Assembly: GCA_964471945.1 (NCBI GenBank) | Contig: CAYYIJ010000003.1 | Span: forward strand, 1-63,976 | Length of the DNA: 63,976 bases | Direction of reading: 5' to 3' | From: an uncultured Chlorobiaceae bacterium | GTDB taxonomy: Bacteria > Bacteroidota > Ignavibacteria > UBA10030 > SZUA-254 | In this document: piece after piece, positions 29,560 through 38,610 of the stretch | Layout: each line of letters begins with the position of its first letter | How positions within the stretch are numbered: position 1 is the stretch's first letter | Made by a program: the position numbers and the translations under genes | Notes under the pieces: model-generated | The model's database searches: none | Told to the model about the DNA's origin: nothing | Seen by the model: only the letters and a program-made list of their open reading frames with translations

Positions 29560-29580
29560 CATTGTTAAGAAATTGTTAAG
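29560..29580 (-). promoter_or_regulatory. putative Pho box between pstS and pstC
   Basis: Minus-strand reading cTTAACAatttcTTAACAatg is a perfect TTAACA-N5-TTAACA direct repeat, 58-78 nt upstream of the pstC ATG. Confidence 0.45.
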
Positions 29581-29660
29581 TTTTTTCATTCCCTATCTAC
29601 TCGATCATTCATAGAGGATAGGGCCCGATGCTCGGTGGAAACACCGGGACCAATAGTGAA

Positions 29661-30485
29661 TTATCTTACAGGGAAATATCCAACTTTAGTTACGATTTCT
29701 TGACCTTCTTTGCTCAATATCCAGTCGATATATTCTTTCATTGCGCCGGATGGTCTGCTGCGTGTGTACATGTAGAGGTAGCGGGAGATAGGATAATCAC
29801 CCGACTTCACGTTCTCTTCTGTCGGCTCATACGCAGTTGAGTTTGCATCTTTTTTTACTTTGAGGAGTTTGATGCCTTTTGCATAAGCGGCACCGCCATA
29901 GCCGATACCGTATTTATCTTTTGATACTGCATTCACCACTCCGCCTGTGCCGGGAAGCGTTTGGACCGATGGAGCAAAATCTTCACCATCGAGCACGTTG
30001 TCTTTGAAATATACATAAGTGCCGGAGCTGTTTTCCCGTCCGTACACAATTATTTTTGTGTCAGGTCCACCAACCTGTTTCCAGTTTGTTATCTTACCTG
30101 TGTAAATATCTTTAAGTTGTTGAATACTTAATTCATTCACCGGATTCTTTTCCCATAAGTAAACGGCAAGACCGTCTTTTGCTGCTTTAATTTCAACACC
30201 AAGTGTGTTAAATCTCTGCTTAAGTTTTTCTTTTTCTGATTTCTTCATCGGACGCGATGAAAGGCAAATATCTGTAGTGCCGTTGATGAGCGCTGAAATA
30301 CCTACCCCCGACCCGCCTCCGGTTATTTGTACGGTAACATCAGGATGTTTTGACATATACAGTTCAGCCCATCTCTGCGAAAGAATTACCATTGTGTCGG
30401 ACCCTTTTACCGTAATTGTTTCGCCTTTTTGCATAAAGCCAAAAGCAGCAAGTGCTGTGAGTATTGTTAAGATTATTTTTTTCAT
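29661..30485 (-). CDS. pstS: phosphate ABC transporter substrate-binding protein
   Basis: Signal peptide MKKIILTILTALAAFG, GSDTM and GGGSGVG motifs. Start set at ATG 30485. Confidence 0.85.
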   Translation of the reverse strand: MKKIILTILTALAAFGFMQKGETITVKGSDTMVILSQRWAELYMSKHPDVTVQITGGGSGVGISALINGTTDICLSSRPMKKSEKEKLKQRFNTLGVEIKAAKDGLAVYLWEKNPVNELSIQQLKDIYTGKITNWKQVGGPDTKIIVYGRENSSGTYVYFKDNVLDGEDFAPSVQTLPGTGGVVNAVSKDKYGIGYGGAAYAKGIKLLKVKKDANSTAYEPTEENVKSGDYPISRYLYMYTRSRPSGAMKEYIDWILSKEGQEIVTKVGYFPVR

Positions 30486-30581
30486 TGTTTGTATTCCTTT
30501 CGATAATGATTTTATTTGCGTTACTTTGCGTGCTTGTCGGCTAAATTTTAACTGCAGAGGACGCAAAAAAACATAGAGATA

Positions 30582-31946
30582 TTAGAATTTGTATTGCATT
30601 CTTAAAGTTAAAATATTGTCTTTCAAATCGTCTTTGAACGGTGCGAGTGTTCCGGTTGCAAGTGAATTTACTTTTTCGTTCTTCATCCAATCGTAGTAGA
30701 CTACGAATTTAACATTTGCGTCCCAATGATAAATCCACCCTATTCCAAGTGTAGTGTATTTTATATCGGCAGCGGTAAAATTGCTTCCACTCTTTCCAAT
30801 ATCGTCTCCGGTAATGTCAGTATTCGGATCGAATATGTCGTACTTAACTACAAACTGGTGTTTCAATCCGATGTTCTGAATATAATTGATATACCAGCCC
30901 GTTATATTGCGACGATAAAGTGGTGTAATTTTCTTTCCATCGATAACTGATTTTGGATCTGTAGTACCTGCGGCTTCAGGATTGTAGAATCCGATGGATT
31001 TGTCTGTACTTGGCTGTATACCTGTTATGAACTCGCCCCGTAATGAGGCACCACCGATTGCGGGAATATCGTAATACGCTTGAATGTCGGCACCATAATA
31101 AGTTCTTTCGAATTGATTTCCCAAGTTACCGATAGTTGAATCGACTGAAAAACGCTTAATCGTTGATGATCCATCGAATTTGTAGACATATTTTGAATTG
31201 TTGGTAACATTACCTGCATAAAGAGAAAAACCACCATCGATAGCAAGGTTCTGTTCATCGAAGGGGAACTGGAAACCGAGCCGACCGATAAAATCTTTCC
31301 AGCGATCATTTTCGTTAGCAGTATTAAGAACACCGTTGAACAACCCACCCTTGAAGTTAAAATAACTGAGTGGACCGCTTTCAGGTGCTAGCTCCAGTTT
31401 TGCACCTAATTCTCGTTCACCTGGAAAAAGGATTTGATACATGCGAGATCGTTCTGGAGATTCACGTATACTGGATGAGTAGGATATCTCAAATCCGAAA
31501 GGTCTATCAAAAATACCACCAGTGAGAGATGCTATTCTCAGCCAGGGTTCTTTAACTGAGGCATAAGCATCTTTAATTCCAACACCGCTTTGTGTAACGT
31601 CAATCTGTAACACAAACTGAGTTAAGTCGTTGTCGTAATTTACTTTGACCCTACCACGGCGAACCGAGAATCGTGATTTTACATTAGACGGAAAATTCCC
31701 GCCCGCATACGATGGTACACTCGTTGACTCTGCCAACTGATACTGTGCTTGTAGATAACCAGACACTTTAATTTTCTTTAAAGCATCGGCTGTAGTTTTT
31801 ATTTCGAGCATTGTTTCGTTTATTCCCTCGATTGCTCCGTTGATTTCGGCAACATCCTCTTTTGTAGCCACACTCGTTGTATCCTGAGAGATTGCCCGTA
31901 AAACCAAGGGAATTAAGAGAGAAATTATAAAAATGATTCGTTTCAT
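30582..31946 (-). CDS. outer-membrane porin (phosphate-selective porin O/P-like)
   Basis: Signal peptide, alternating beta-strand pattern, C-terminal ...LRMQYKF. Position at the head of the pst cluster. Confidence 0.7.
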   Translation of the reverse strand: MKRIIFIISLLIPLVLRAISQDTTSVATKEDVAEINGAIEGINETMLEIKTTADALKKIKVSGYLQAQYQLAESTSVPSYAGGNFPSNVKSRFSVRRGRVKVNYDNDLTQFVLQIDVTQSGVGIKDAYASVKEPWLRIASLTGGIFDRPFGFEISYSSSIRESPERSRMYQILFPGERELGAKLELAPESGPLSYFNFKGGLFNGVLNTANENDRWKDFIGRLGFQFPFDEQNLAIDGGFSLYAGNVTNNSKYVYKFDGSSTIKRFSVDSTIGNLGNQFERTYYGADIQAYYDIPAIGGASLRGEFITGIQPSTDKSIGFYNPEAAGTTDPKSVIDGKKITPLYRRNITGWYINYIQNIGLKHQFVVKYDIFDPNTDITGDDIGKSGSNFTAADIKYTTLGIGWIYHWDANVKFVVYYDWMKNEKVNSLATGTLAPFKDDLKDNILTLRMQYKF

Positions 31947-31952
31947 CTAAAT

Positions 31953-31985
31953 CCTCTGTAGTTATAAATTTTTTTTCTACAGAGG
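31953..31985 (-). promoter_or_regulatory. 9-bp-stem hairpin in the porin 5' leader that includes the purine-rich pre-ATG sequence
   Basis: cctctgtag-N15-ctacagagg. On the mRNA strand the 3' arm ctacAGAGGA ends 6 nt before the ATG. Confidence 0.3.
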
Positions 31986-32023
31986 AAATATATCTTTCAG
32001 AAATTAAGAGTAAATAAAGGTAA

Positions 32024-32041
32024 GGTTATGAAATTGTTAAG
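32024..32041 (-). promoter_or_regulatory. putative Pho box upstream of the porin-pst cluster
   Basis: Minus-strand reading cTTAACAatttcATAACC (continuing ttacCTTTAT) gives TTAACA-like hexamers at 11-bp spacing, 78-95 nt upstream of the porin ATG. Overlaps the phoR stop codon. Confidence 0.4.
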
Positions 32042-33473
32042 ATTTTAATATGAAGCTGAATTCGCTACCTTTCCCAACCGCACTCTGCACTTCCACTCTA
32101 CTCCCGTGTGCTTCGATGATATGTTTTACTATTGCTAATCCGAGTCCGGTACCTCCGGCTTCACGAGATCGTTCTTTATCTACACGGTAGAATCGCTCGA
32201 AGATGCGGGGCAAATGTTCCGGAGCAATTCCGACTCCCGAATCACTTACAATTATTCTTAAACCCGAATCCACATTTTCATAGCTAATTGTTATCCGTCC
32301 GTTCGGCTTATTATATTTAATTGCATTATCGATTAGATTCACGATAACTTGTTTTAATCTATCTCTATCCCCATAGATTTCATTTTTAATTGGTTGAGGT
32401 TTGAAATCTAGTGTGATGTTTCCGCGATTTGCTGATTCTTGCATTTCGCTTACAATTTGTGTTAAGAACTCTTGTAGATCGAAATAACGAAAACTCAATT
32501 TCATATCACCAGATTCAATGCGTGATATTTCGATTAGATCGGATAATAACACGTTTAGTCGATTTATATTCTTCAATGCCCGCTCAACAAAATCTCGATT
32601 TACAGTTTTATCATCTATTGCACCTTCCAACAATGTCTCGAGCATTCCTTGTATTGTAAAGATCGGTGTTCTTAATTCATGCGAGACATTGCCTAAAAAT
32701 TCGCTTCTAACACACTCTAATTTCTTCAGCTTTTCGATGTCATCTTCGAGTTTATCAACCATGCTATTCAAGGTATCGGCAAGTTGATTGAATTCGCTCG
32801 TGGTTTGTTTTGGAATCCGGCTTTTCAAATTCCCTGAATGTATTTGCTCTGCACTTACAGCCATCATCTTGATTGGTTTAGCAAAACGCTTTGAAGCGAG
32901 GTATGCCAATCCTAAAATAAATGCTAATACTATAATACTGGTTATCGTTATTTTACTTTGGATATCTCTCATAATTTCTTGGACTTGTGTCAGGGGAACA
33001 CTTACTCGGAGTATCTTGACATCGCTATACCCAGTGTGTTGTGGAAGAATCGCCGATAGTTTTTTTGCGAGGTATAACATAACTGAATCGACTGTTGCAC
33101 TATGTCTGGTACTTGTGCCGATGCCTTCCTTAATTGCCTGTTGAACTTCTGGTCGGTGAAGATGGTTCTCTATTGTTGCGAGCTGATTATATGGTAAGTC
33201 GGATTCAAAGTGAACGGTACCTTTGTCATCGATCAAAGTCAATCGGAGATTGGCAGACTGTGAAAATTTTTGGAGTTTGGAATATCCATCCAGATCATTT
33301 TCAATAGATGTTTGGATGAAATACTCGATCAATCTCGCCTGTGTCATTAATTCGTTTACGATACGAGAGTGGAAATAATTATCGATCACAATTGTAGATA
33401 CGATACCCATGGCAACGATAATCACAAGTGAGAGAGCGAATAAAAGAAATGTGAGTTTTGTTTGAAGACTCAT
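32037..33473 (-). CDS. phoR: sensor histidine kinase (PhoR-like)
   Basis: Two TM segments plus HAMP, H-box SHELRTPI, N/G boxes (DNAIKYN, DSGVGI, GGTGLGLAIV). ATGA overlap with the response regulator. Confidence 0.85.
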   Translation of the reverse strand: MSLQTKLTFLLFALSLVIIVAMGIVSTIVIDNYFHSRIVNELMTQARLIEYFIQTSIENDLDGYSKLQKFSQSANLRLTLIDDKGTVHFESDLPYNQLATIENHLHRPEVQQAIKEGIGTSTRHSATVDSVMLYLAKKLSAILPQHTGYSDVKILRVSVPLTQVQEIMRDIQSKITITSIIVLAFILGLAYLASKRFAKPIKMMAVSAEQIHSGNLKSRIPKQTTSEFNQLADTLNSMVDKLEDDIEKLKKLECVRSEFLGNVSHELRTPIFTIQGMLETLLEGAIDDKTVNRDFVERALKNINRLNVLLSDLIEISRIESGDMKLSFRYFDLQEFLTQIVSEMQESANRGNITLDFKPQPIKNEIYGDRDRLKQVIVNLIDNAIKYNKPNGRITISYENVDSGLRIIVSDSGVGIAPEHLPRIFERFYRVDKERSREAGGTGLGLAIVKHIIEAHGSRVEVQSAVGKGSEFSFILKS

Positions 33474-34162
33474 CCGTTTACCCTCAATCTATAACCTAAA
33501 CCTTTGATCGTCTCGATGTAATCGGCAGAATCGCCGAGTTTTTCTCTGATCTTTCTTATATGCACATCAACCGTACGGTCAATTACACTGACATCGTTGC
33601 CCCAGATGTTGTTCAGTAGTGTTTCTCGTGTTACAACTTGATCGATGTGAGTAGCAAGGTAATAAAGTACTTCAAATTCTTTTTTGGGAAAAAATATTTC
33701 TTTCTTATCAACATGAACGGTATGATGGATGGTGGAGATTTCGATAGCTCCAAGTCGGATTATTTTTTCCGGTGTTGTTTTTACTTCCTGCTTTCGGAAA
33801 ACATTTCTGACACGTGCAAGCAGTTTTGGGATACTGATAGGTTTGACGATATAATCTTCGGCACCGAGCTCGAGCCCGAGTACTTCATCTGTTTCTGTTT
33901 CTTTTGCGGTTAAAAAAATAATCGGAATATGGGATGTTTTATTATTTCCCTTAAGTTGTTTGATGACTTCCCTACCATCCAATTCGGGCATCATAATATC
34001 GAGAAGTATTAGGTCGGGTTGACACTGTGCTTTGACCATCGCCTCTTTACCGTTACGTGAGACCAGTACTGTAAAACCTTCTTTCTGGAAATTATATTTT
34101 AATAACTCGAGGATGTCTTTTTCATCATCGACTATAAGAATGGTTTTCATTTTAAATGTCAT
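33470..34162 (-). CDS. phoB: OmpR/PhoB-family response regulator
   Basis: Receiver domain (ILIVDDE...LLDIMMPELDG) plus winged helix (IETIKGLGYRL). ATG 34150 (MKTILIVDD) is an equally plausible start. Confidence 0.9.
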   Translation of the reverse strand: MTFKMKTILIVDDEKDILELLKYNFQKEGFTVLVSRNGKEAMVKAQCQPDLILLDIMMPELDGREVIKQLKGNNKTSHIPIIFLTAKETETDEVLGLELGAEDYIVKPISIPKLLARVRNVFRKQEVKTTPEKIIRLGAIEISTIHHTVHVDKKEIFFPKKEFEVLYYLATHIDQVVTRETLLNNIWGNDVSVIDRTVDVHIRKIREKLGDSADYIETIKGLGYRLRVNG

Positions 34163-34341
34163 TTTTTGGTTTTGTTAATATTAATTATTTTTTGGAGCAA
34201 ATACAATAATTGGTCAATCGATAATTTAAATTTCTCCTGAGACATTTCTCACAAGCTGCCTTGCTTCTCATACCCATTTTTAATAATTTGGTAAAGTAAA
34301 ATTATGAGAAAATAGAATGGTTTTAACATTATTGGATTTCG

Positions 34342-35277
34342 GTGAGCGAGAATAGAAGATATGTAATCGGTATTGACGGCGGTGGGTCTAAAACCGACGC
34401 TTTGATTGTAGGTTTGGATGGAACAGTGCATGCAGAGTGTAAAAGCGGACCCACACAAATTCAGACGTATGGTGTAAAATTAGTTGCTGCAACACTTTTT
34501 GAACTCATCAAGGATTGTTGCAAGAAGGTTGACTGTCAAACGGATAATCTTCAAAGTGTTATCATGGGAATTGCCGGTGCTGGGCGGGCAGCTGATAGAA
34601 CCGAATTAACAGATACACTTCATACAATGAGTATTAAGAAAAAATTCCCTTTGAAAAACATCGTCGTAGAAACAGACGCACGCACTGCATTGGAAGCGGC
34701 ATTTGCCGGAGGTCCTGGTATAGTGATTATTGCTGGTACGGGCTCGATTGCACTCTATCGTACTGAGGATGGAAAAATCTTGCGCGCCGGTGGTTGGGGA
34801 AAAATTATTGGTGATGAAGGAAGTGGTTACTCGATTGCAAGAGATGCCCTAAGTACAATCATGCGACATCATGATGGACGCTGTGAAAAAACTGAACTTA
34901 CAAAAAAAGCTTTCAAACATTTTGATGTTTCTTCACACGATGAGTTGATTGTAAAGGTTTATCATGAGAAAGTCGATATTGCATCGTTTACACCGAGAGT
35001 GATCGAAGCAGAATTAGAACATGATCATATTACACATTCGATTCTTGTCAAGAATGCTGGTGAGTTGGCAGAACTTGTTCGCGTACTCGTTATGCAAGTT
35101 CGTCCAAAAAAGAAATTACCTGTCTCACTCATGGGTGGACTCCTCGAGTCTGAAAATCCTTACTCTAAAATGGTCAAAGAAAAAATCATTAGCTCTTTAC
35201 CAAACATTGTTATTCAGAAGCCGAAATTTCCACCGGCATTTGGCGCTGCGATAATTGGATTGAACGCTTTCAAGTAG
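34342..35277 (+). CDS. BadF/BadG/BcrA/BcrD-type ATPase, N-acetylglucosamine kinase-like
   Basis: IGIDGGGSKT phosphate-1 motif and AGTGS, GWG..IGDEGSG motifs. GTG start. Confidence 0.75.
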   Translation: MSENRRYVIGIDGGGSKTDALIVGLDGTVHAECKSGPTQIQTYGVKLVAATLFELIKDCCKKVDCQTDNLQSVIMGIAGAGRAADRTELTDTLHTMSIKKKFPLKNIVVETDARTALEAAFAGGPGIVIIAGTGSIALYRTEDGKILRAGGWGKIIGDEGSGYSIARDALSTIMRHHDGRCEKTELTKKAFKHFDVSSHDELIVKVYHEKVDIASFTPRVIEAELEHDHITHSILVKNAGELAELVRVLVMQVRPKKKLPVSLMGGLLESENPYSKMVKEKIISSLPNIVIQKPKFPPAFGAAIIGLNAFK

Positions 35278-35461
35278 AATTATTATCCAATCAGACTCAG
35301 AATATTTTTATCATTCCAAGTATAGAGAGGAAAAGAGGATTGATTATTTTATATTGTGAACCTGCAACTTGAAACTTGGGACCTGAATCCCCTTCACATC
35401 GCATTCTTGCTTTCCACACCTTTTTTCCTTAAAATTTAATGTCTTAAAATAAAAATCATAA

Positions 35462-38425
35462 ATGCGTATCAGTTACTGTTACATAATCACTTTATTTCTC
35501 TTTGGAATATCTTTGTTGTTGTATCAAGGATGTGCCCCGACTGAGAAAATTATGACTGCCGAAGAATCTCCGATTCCTTTAGATTCTTCAGACGTTGTTG
35601 AGATAATCGAAACACCGACCGATTGGGTCGAGGATCAACTTGAAGACATGACACTTGAAGAAAAAGCTGCTCAGTTGATAAGTGTACGCGCTTATGGTTA
35701 CTTTATGAATGATGAAGAAGAACAATTCCAGCAACTGTTAAAGTACGTACAGGAATACAGAGTCGGAAGTGTGTGTATTTTTCAGGGAGATATTCATACA
35801 ACGGCAGTTTTACTCAATAGACTGCAAAGTATGTCTAAAACACCGCTTCTTGTTTCGTCTGATTTTGAATGGGGTGCAGCCATGAGGTTGCGACGAACCA
35901 CTCGATTCCCCGAAGCTATGGCTTTGGGAGCTACACGTGATACTATGTTTGCATTCAAGATGGGTAGAGCTATAGCCAATGAAGCACGCGCTATTGGGAT
36001 TCATCAAATCTTTGCGCCAGTTGTTGATATAAATAATAATCCAGAAAATCCTGTCATCAATACACGTTCATTTGGAGAAAAACCACGCCTTGTTGCCGAT
36101 ATGGCAACATCTTTTATGCGTGGATTACAGTCGGGTAAAGTTATTGCAACAGCAAAACATTTTCCGGGTCACGGCGATACACGAGTTGATTCGCATTTTG
36201 ATCTTCCGATTTTAGATTTATCACGTGGGCGAATGGATAGCGTTGAGCTTTATCCGTTCCGACGGATTATCATGAACGGTGTGTTTTCGATAATGACTGG
36301 ACACTTAGATGTTCGTTCAATTGAATCTAAACGCGGCTTGCCATCGTCACTCTCGAAAAATGTCCAAACAAAATTGCTTCGAGATGAACTTGGTTTTGAT
36401 GGCTTAATTGTAACAGATGCGATGGACATGGGTGCAATCACAAATATTTTTCGTGCAGATTCTGCCGCTGTTTTGGCTGTCGAAGCAGGGGCAGATATGA
36501 TTCTTCTTCCATCGGATGTTGAAGCAGCAATTTGGGCGATTGTAAATTCAGTTCGAAACAAACGAATTACCGAAGAGCGACTTAATCAATCTGTTAGAAA
36601 AATTCTTAGTCTTAAACAATGGATTGGACTTGACGAAAATAAACTCATTGATGTAGAAGCGGTATCGAGTGTTGTTGCATCGCAAGACAATCTTAGACTT
36701 GCAAAAGATGTTGCACGTGCTTCAATTACATTATCGAAAAATGATAATGTGTTACCTCTCCCACGCTCGAATAAGAAAAAAATACTAAATGTTATTGTTA
36801 GCGATACCGAGGGATATCGAACTGAAGTACACAGGCCTGCTACGACTCTGTTGAATGAACGTGTCGGAGATTATTTCATCAGACAACTTAGACAAAGAAA
36901 TCGTAATATCAACAATGTAAGAATAGACCCTGCATCAAATAAGCAGACCATTGATAGCATAATAAATCAAGCAATTGGTAGTGATATTATATTGATTTCA
37001 ATTTATTCAAAAGCCCGCTCTGGAAAATTAGGATTACCTGAACATGTTAAAAAAGCAGTCGATACATTACTTAGCTTAAGCAAGAAAACGATTCTTATCG
37101 GATTTGGCACTCCTTATGTCCTCGGACTATTTCAGAATGCAACTGCTTATTTATTTGCTTACTCTGATGCTGAATCTTCAATTGAGGCCGCCACTGAAGT
37201 TTTATTTGGTGAAGTATCAACTCGCGGTAGATTACCAATTACAATTTCAGGATTATCCGAATATGGAAGTGGAGTTGTAATACCTCAATCTGTGTTGCGT
37301 TACGATTTTCCAGAAAATGTTGGATTTGAACTTGATAGTCTGGCTCGGATTGATTCTATTATGATACATGCGATAGAAGATTCAGCACTCCCCGGTGGGC
37401 AAATAGTTGTCGTAAAAGATGGGGCTAACGTTGTAAATAAATCCTTTGGTAAGCAAACATATGAGATTAAAAGTCCGCCAATCAACAACGAAACTCTATT
37501 TGATATCGCTTCACTGACAAAGGTTGTAGCAACAACATCTGCAATCATGAAATTGTATGATGAACAGAAAATTCAGCTTGATGATTCGGTTACTAAGTTT
37601 ATACCAGATTTTGGTAATAAAGGAAAAGAAAAGATAACGATCCGAAATCTTCTGCTTCATAACGGAGGGTTGCCTGCATTCAAGCGATTGTATTTAACAT
37701 GCAAATCACCGCAGGAAGTTCTGGATTCAATTTATCAAACCGAAACGATCTATCCGATTGGTGATTCAACCGTTTACAGCGATTTCGATTTCATCCTTCT
37801 TGGAAAAATCATAGAGAAAGTTTCTGGCTTAACATTGGATAAATATGTTGATTCAGTTTTTTTCAAACCTTTAGGTATGTCATCAACAATCTTCTTCGCC
37901 AAAATCGGATCCGCCTCTGGCGGAAATCTACCATCATCCATCTGGGGAAAGATTGCACCAACAGAATACGATTCGGTATATCGGAAGCGATTGATTCAGG
38001 GTGAAGTCCATGATGAAAATGCTTTTGCACTTGGTGGAATATCTGGACATGCAGGATTGTTTTCAACAGCATCCGATCTCTCGATCTTCATTCAGATGAT
38101 TATGAATGGAGGAAGCTACGGCGGGAAACAATATATTAAACCTGAAACGATAAAACTTTTTACAACACGTCAAAGTAATAAAAGCACACGCGCGCTCGGT
38201 TGGGATACGAAAACGGTGAACGGCTACAGCTCGGCAGGAACTTTGTTTGGAGAGAAATCTTTCGGGCATACTGGTTTCACCGGAACCTCAGTATGGATCG
38301 ACCAAGAGAAGAAAATTTTTGTTATATTACTAACCAATCGTGTATATCCTACACGAAATAACAATAAAATAATGCAAATCCGCCCGATAGTGCATGATGC
38401 GGTTATAAAAGCAGTGATAAATTAG
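35462..38425 (+). CDS. fusion protein: glycoside hydrolase family 3 (NagZ-like beta-N-acetylhexosaminidase) + serine hydrolase (class C beta-lactamase/PBP-like)
   Basis: GH3 motifs KHFPGHGDT and VTDAMDMGA. C-terminal half has SxxK (ASLTK), YSD and HTGFTG motifs. Signal/lipoprotein-like N-terminus (LLLYQGC). Confidence 0.85.
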   Translation: MRISYCYIITLFLFGISLLLYQGCAPTEKIMTAEESPIPLDSSDVVEIIETPTDWVEDQLEDMTLEEKAAQLISVRAYGYFMNDEEEQFQQLLKYVQEYRVGSVCIFQGDIHTTAVLLNRLQSMSKTPLLVSSDFEWGAAMRLRRTTRFPEAMALGATRDTMFAFKMGRAIANEARAIGIHQIFAPVVDINNNPENPVINTRSFGEKPRLVADMATSFMRGLQSGKVIATAKHFPGHGDTRVDSHFDLPILDLSRGRMDSVELYPFRRIIMNGVFSIMTGHLDVRSIESKRGLPSSLSKNVQTKLLRDELGFDGLIVTDAMDMGAITNIFRADSAAVLAVEAGADMILLPSDVEAAIWAIVNSVRNKRITEERLNQSVRKILSLKQWIGLDENKLIDVEAVSSVVASQDNLRLAKDVARASITLSKNDNVLPLPRSNKKKILNVIVSDTEGYRTEVHRPATTLLNERVGDYFIRQLRQRNRNINNVRIDPASNKQTIDSIINQAIGSDIILISIYSKARSGKLGLPEHVKKAVDTLLSLSKKTILIGFGTPYVLGLFQNATAYLFAYSDAESSIEAATEVLFGEVSTRGRLPITISGLSEYGSGVVIPQSVLRYDFPENVGFELDSLARIDSIMIHAIEDSALPGGQIVVVKDGANVVNKSFGKQTYEIKSPPINNETLFDIASLTKVVATTSAIMKLYDEQKIQLDDSVTKFIPDFGNKGKEKITIRNLLLHNGGLPAFKRLYLTCKSPQEVLDSIYQTETIYPIGDSTVYSDFDFILLGKIIEKVSGLTLDKYVDSVFFKPLGMSSTIFFAKIGSASGGNLPSSIWGKIAPTEYDSVYRKRLIQGEVHDENAFALGGISGHAGLFSTASDLSIFIQMIMNGGSYGGKQYIKPETIKLFTTRQSNKSTRALGWDTKTVNGYSSAGTLFGEKSFGHTGFTGTSVWIDQEKKIFVILLTNRVYPTRNNNKIMQIRPIVHDAVIKAVIN
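38374..38403. repeat. 30-bp direct repeat, copy 1 (inside the 3' end of the GH3/beta-lactamase gene)
   Basis: gcaaatccgcccgatagtgcatgatgcggt is identical to 39181-39210. Confidence 0.9.
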
Positions 38426-38430
38426 TAGCA

Positions 38431-38610
38431 ATGAAAAAATCTAAAAAAGTAAATAAAACCGTTGATAATAATAAAATAATTGGCATGGCACCTTTCAATG
38501 GGTACAAAGATATAACAAAAGAAGAAATCGAAACACTGAAACATTTAACGATCCGCGAAGCAATTATCCAAACTGAGATTTTATTACGGATGACAAAATG
38601 GATGAAATGA
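38431..38610 (+). CDS. small 59-aa ORF upstream of the NTase-like gene (putative partner; below the ORF-track size cutoff)
   Basis: ATG 38431 to TGA 38608-38610, read by hand: MKKSKKVNKTVDNNKIIGMAPFNGYKDITKEEIETLKHLTIREAIIQTEILLRMTKWMK. 13-nt overlap with the next gene. Confidence 0.35.
   Translation: MKKSKKVNKTVDNNKIIGMAPFNGYKDITKEEIETLKHLTIREAIIQTEILLRMTKWMK

Noticed and set aside
29591-29623. Inverted repeat ccctatc...gataggg after pstS, considered as a Rho-independent terminator.
   Set aside because: On the transcribed (minus) strand the stem is followed by an A-rich run, not a U-rich run, and the stem is only 7 bp. Not called as a terminator.
34163-34341. Possible Pho box upstream of phoB (aattaatattaacaaaacc on the minus strand).
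   Set aside because: Only one TTAACA-like hexamer, with no clear 11-bp partner, and it lies very close to the start codon. Too weak to call.
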